DNA of 64,000 nucleotides from Plasmodiophora brassicae (Eukaryota): NCBI GenBank assembly GCA_036867785.1, contig CP145417.1, positions 930,001 to 994,000 of the forward strand, read 5' to 3'. Shown piece by piece: positions 60,743 to 64,000 of this stretch (position 1 is its first letter; each line of letters starts with the position of its first letter). The notes under the pieces were generated by a model. It saw only the letters and a program-made list of their open reading frames with translations, ran no database searches and was not told where the DNA came from. The position numbers and the translations under genes were made by a program.

Positions 60743-63068
60743 CTAGTGCCGTCGTCGCTGCTTCCGCTCTGTCTGGCGTTGCGCGTTACTCGCTCGCTTT
60801 GGTGCTGGGGCGAAACGACGTAGAGCTTCCGCTTGTGGATGATTGTCTCCCAGACGTCTTATTAGCTGGTGCACTAACTCGGGAACGTCCTCATAGATGA
60901 TATGTGCAGGTTCCCACGTCGCCTCCTCAAGATCAAACCCAGACCACGATACCTTGATCTGCAGTTCTTGCGTGTCTCGATCGATACGACAATCCAATAG
61001 ATCGTCCACAATCAAATGCTGGTCAGTGTGTTGGAGGTGGCGCTTCAAATCGACGGTCATGTTCAAGTCAGCGTCTGCATATCGTCGAATTCGTTGCGTG
61101 TGTGCGTTGAAGCGTCGTTCAGATAGTGGGTTCTCCAACTCATACACTTGCTCGTTGATTTGCTTGACAACTCGGTACGGTCCCCGCCACAGCGCTATCA
61201 GCTTCTGCGCAGGACCTGGTACTGGCTTGGCATTGAGCACGTAGTCGCCAACGATGAACGATTCGTAGGGACTACTCTTGAGTCGTCGTCGTCGTTGCTC
61301 AACATTGGCAGCATGTCGCTGTGCCTTCGCTTCATCGACGGCCTTGTGGATCTCGTCGAGAGTCTCTTGCAACATCTGCACGTATTTGGCGAATCCCTCC
61401 GGTGGTACTCGTCGACACTGTCTTTCTACTGGGTCCCAGATCTGGTCAAGCGGGCTTTCCGGTGAACGTCCCGTGATAACCGTGAATGGCGCGTAGCCGT
61501 TGAGTCGTCGACTTGGTGTGTGGTTGATGACATGCTGGACAACAGGACATAAGTACGGCCAGTTGTGCGTGCTAATCTGGGCCTCGTTCAGGACTGATCG
61601 CATGACGTTAAGCACCGTGCGGTTCGCGCGTTCCACCGTGCCGTTAGCCCACGGACAATATGCCGTTGTGATGTGATGCTGAACATCTCGTAGCCGGGTA
61701 AGCTCCTCCATGACTTCTGCAGTGAAGTGTGAACCACCGTCCGTAACCAGGTACTCGGGCGTTGCGAAATCGGCAATCCACTGATTCAGAGCTTCCGCAG
61801 CAACACGACTTGTCGCTTCAGCTGATGGAATCAGACGAACATAACCACTGAAGTCGTCCTTCAAGAGCAGGATATACTTGTACTTGTGGTCCGCGCCCCT
61901 GACAGGCTCCACATAGAGATAGTCCATGGTGAGTACGTCGAACGGCTGATGACCATGTAATGCTTCACCGAGCGGTCGAGGAACTTTCTTACCACCGCGT
62001 GTCGTGATGCAATGCAGGCATTGCTGACACATCGCTTCAATGTCCTGATTGATCTTGGTCCAGAAGAAACGCTCCGTGATCATCTGCTTGGTTACTTCCG
62101 ACGCACGATGACCAGCGCTTGCGCAATGGCCAATGACCAGGATTCGAAGGCGTAGACTCTTGCAGTCTTGATGACAAGGAATAAGAACGGCTTTGCTCTC
62201 GTTCTTCCACAGACGATCAGCTTCATCGAAGTACACCCCGTCCTCGATCTTCTCCTCTCGTGACAGAAAGCGTTGCGAATCGCGGATCTCCTTTTCGGTC
62301 GGCCAGCTGAATTCAGGATGTTGCCGAGGAGTGACTCGCAAATCGTCCATCTGCATGATGCGCGTTGCTCTACATGACAGTGCGATGCGACCAGCTCCCC
62401 ATCGGGTCAGAAGGTCTGCCCATACGTTGTCGGTTCCAGCGATCTCCTTCATCTTGTAGCTGAAGCCTTGTAGATGCAATGCCCATCGCTCTAGCTTCTG
62501 AGCCGTATGCTTCTTGATCTCCGAGTTCCGGTCGAAGATGAACGTCAGATTGCGATGATCGCAGTAGAGCAGGAACTCCCGGGATGTCTGCAGTAGGAAA
62601 TCACCGCGCTGCGTAGCGTTGATGATCGCGGCTGCCTCCTTCTCGATCGTAGGCCATCTGATCTCTGCACCTGAGAAGCGCTTGCCGTAGAATGCGAGAG
62701 GTTCATGTCGTTGTTCGCATACAGGCAGGTTGACGTCTTCCATCGGGATCTGCGTAACCACCGCCGACCATGCTGCATCACTGGCGTCCGTGAACAGGCA
62801 GGTCTGATAATCCTCCTTCGGAAACGCCAGCTGAACGTGTTGAATCAAAGCGAAGCGCACGTCCTCGAATGACTTGCTGTGCTGATCGGACCAGCCCAGT
62901 GCGTCCAGCGAGACACATGATGGCGATGATGATCGAATGCGCTTGAGCTCCTCCTTGGCAATGTCAAGCAGCTCTTGCAGCGGTCGTACTATACTTGTGT
63001 AGCCGGGTACGTGGGTACGCATCCAGTTGGCCGCCCACAGAAACTGCTGCAGGTCCTTAGCGGTCTTC
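60743..63068 (-). mobile_element. Ty3/gypsy chromodomain LTR retrotransposon 2 pol fragment, interrupted at 63069
   Basis: KTAKDLQQFLWAANWMR, FTDASD, WPTIEKE, YCDHRNL, HHCC, TDGGSHF, TVERAN, chromodomain VSWSGFDLEEATWEP. Confidence 0.95.
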
Positions 63069-63227
63069 TGTCACGATCAGGCAAGCTGATGCAACGAACG
63101 CTTTGACGGACTGGCGAAGTCCGTCGCGGGGTTCTCGGTTTATTCCGGACAGTCCTCACATAATAGTCCCCTTCTAGCGATGGGCCTCTGACGGGTCCGG
63201 GATAGAAGGGCAGACGGATGGCCTCTG

Positions 63228-63478
63228 ATGGGTCGCAGACGAACGGACAGGCGGATGAGCAGGCAGACGGGCGGGCAGACGGACGGACAGACGAACGGAC
63301 AGGCGGATGAGACGGGCGGGCAGACGGACGGACAGACGAACGATGAGCAGGCAGACGGGCGGGCAGACGGACGGACAGACGGACGAACGGGCAGACGGAC
63401 GGACAGACGGACGAACGGGCAGACGGACGGATTAGCAGACGGACGGAGAGACGGGCGGGCGGGCAGACGGACGAACAG
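63228..63478. repeat. degenerate (GACG/GGCG/GACA) tetranucleotide tract
   Basis: cagacggacggacagacg... repeated over about 250 bp. Confidence 0.9.
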
Positions 63479-63503
63479 GTTTGGTTAGTGACAGCACGTC
63501 GCA

Positions 63504-64000
63504 ACCGAGGCCTTGACGTTGTGCAGGAGATGCCGAGGCGGGATCGACACTGGCGGACGGACGGACGGGTAGAGACAGCAAGCGGTCAGGGAAACACCGG
63601 CGGCCTGGGAGGCAAACAGCACGGCGGGACACGCGCACTCTGGAACTTGGACCAGCTGCGACCGAGGCCTTGACGTTGTGCAGGAGATGCCGAGGCGGGA
63701 TCGGCACGGACGGACGGGAAGAGACAGCAAGTGGTCAGGGGAACACCGGTGGCCTGAGAGGCATACAGCACGGCGGGACACGTACTCTGGGACTTGGACC
63801 AGGTACGACCAAGGCCTTGACGTTCTGCGGGGGATGCCGAGGCGAGATCGGCACGGACGGACGGACGGGCGGGAAGAGACAGCAAGCGGTCAGGGGAACA
63901 CCGGTGGCCTGAGAGGCATACAGCACGGCGGGACACGCACTCTGGGACTTGGACCAGGTACGACCGAGGCCTTGACGTTCTGCGGGGGATGCCGAGGCGA
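63504..64000. repeat. tandem repeat of 147-157 bp, more than 3 copies, running off the window
   Basis: acc(g/a)aggccttgacgtt starts at 63504, 63661, 63808 and 63963. Confidence 0.95.

Larger units (their letters stand above)
63069..64000. mobile_element. probable nested insertion (LTR-like start TGTCACG) containing GACG-rich and tandem repeats
   Basis: The pol frame of element 2 breaks abruptly at TGTCACG, followed by non-coding repeats. Confidence 0.55.

Noticed and set aside
62989-63936. ORFs rich in SVRP/DGRT repeats
   Set aside because: Translations of simple and tandem repeats with no coding signature.

Overview
This is a gene-dense eukaryotic window with high GC and many short (about 50-65 nt) introns. 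The gene content and intron style fit a plasmodiophorid protist such as Plasmodiophora brassicae; that is my inference and has not been verified. From 1 to 27 kb the genes are mostly housekeeping: DUF676 esterase, nicastrin, Snf7/Vps32, a CFAP70-like TPR protein, a Dad1-like DASH subunit, CAP-Gly/RCC1, MFS, twin-CX9C, DnaJ, NRAMP, CIA2/MIP18, dynamitin and SRP72. There is also an orphan 7TM receptor-like gene with a decayed duplicate. From 27.7 to 32.8 kb there is a tandem family of four small secreted Cys-containing 'W.SWNGD.Y...PVIC' proteins, one relic copy and a ~290-bp foldback palindrome. Next come importin-5, a gene with a C-terminal RING-H2, a scrambled Penelope-like retroelement nest, an ABHD4/5-like hydrolase, tRNA-Ala(TGC) and KATNAL2. 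From 46.5 to 56.3 kb is an island of signal-peptide genes: two paralogous coiled-coil surface proteins, an inositol polyphosphate kinase with an apparent signal peptide, and two RING-H2 paralogs (one carrying a BTB/Skp1-like domain) flanking an ankyrin gene. The window ends in nested chromodomain Ty3/gypsy retroelements and a ~155-bp satellite. All exon boundaries were read by eye.
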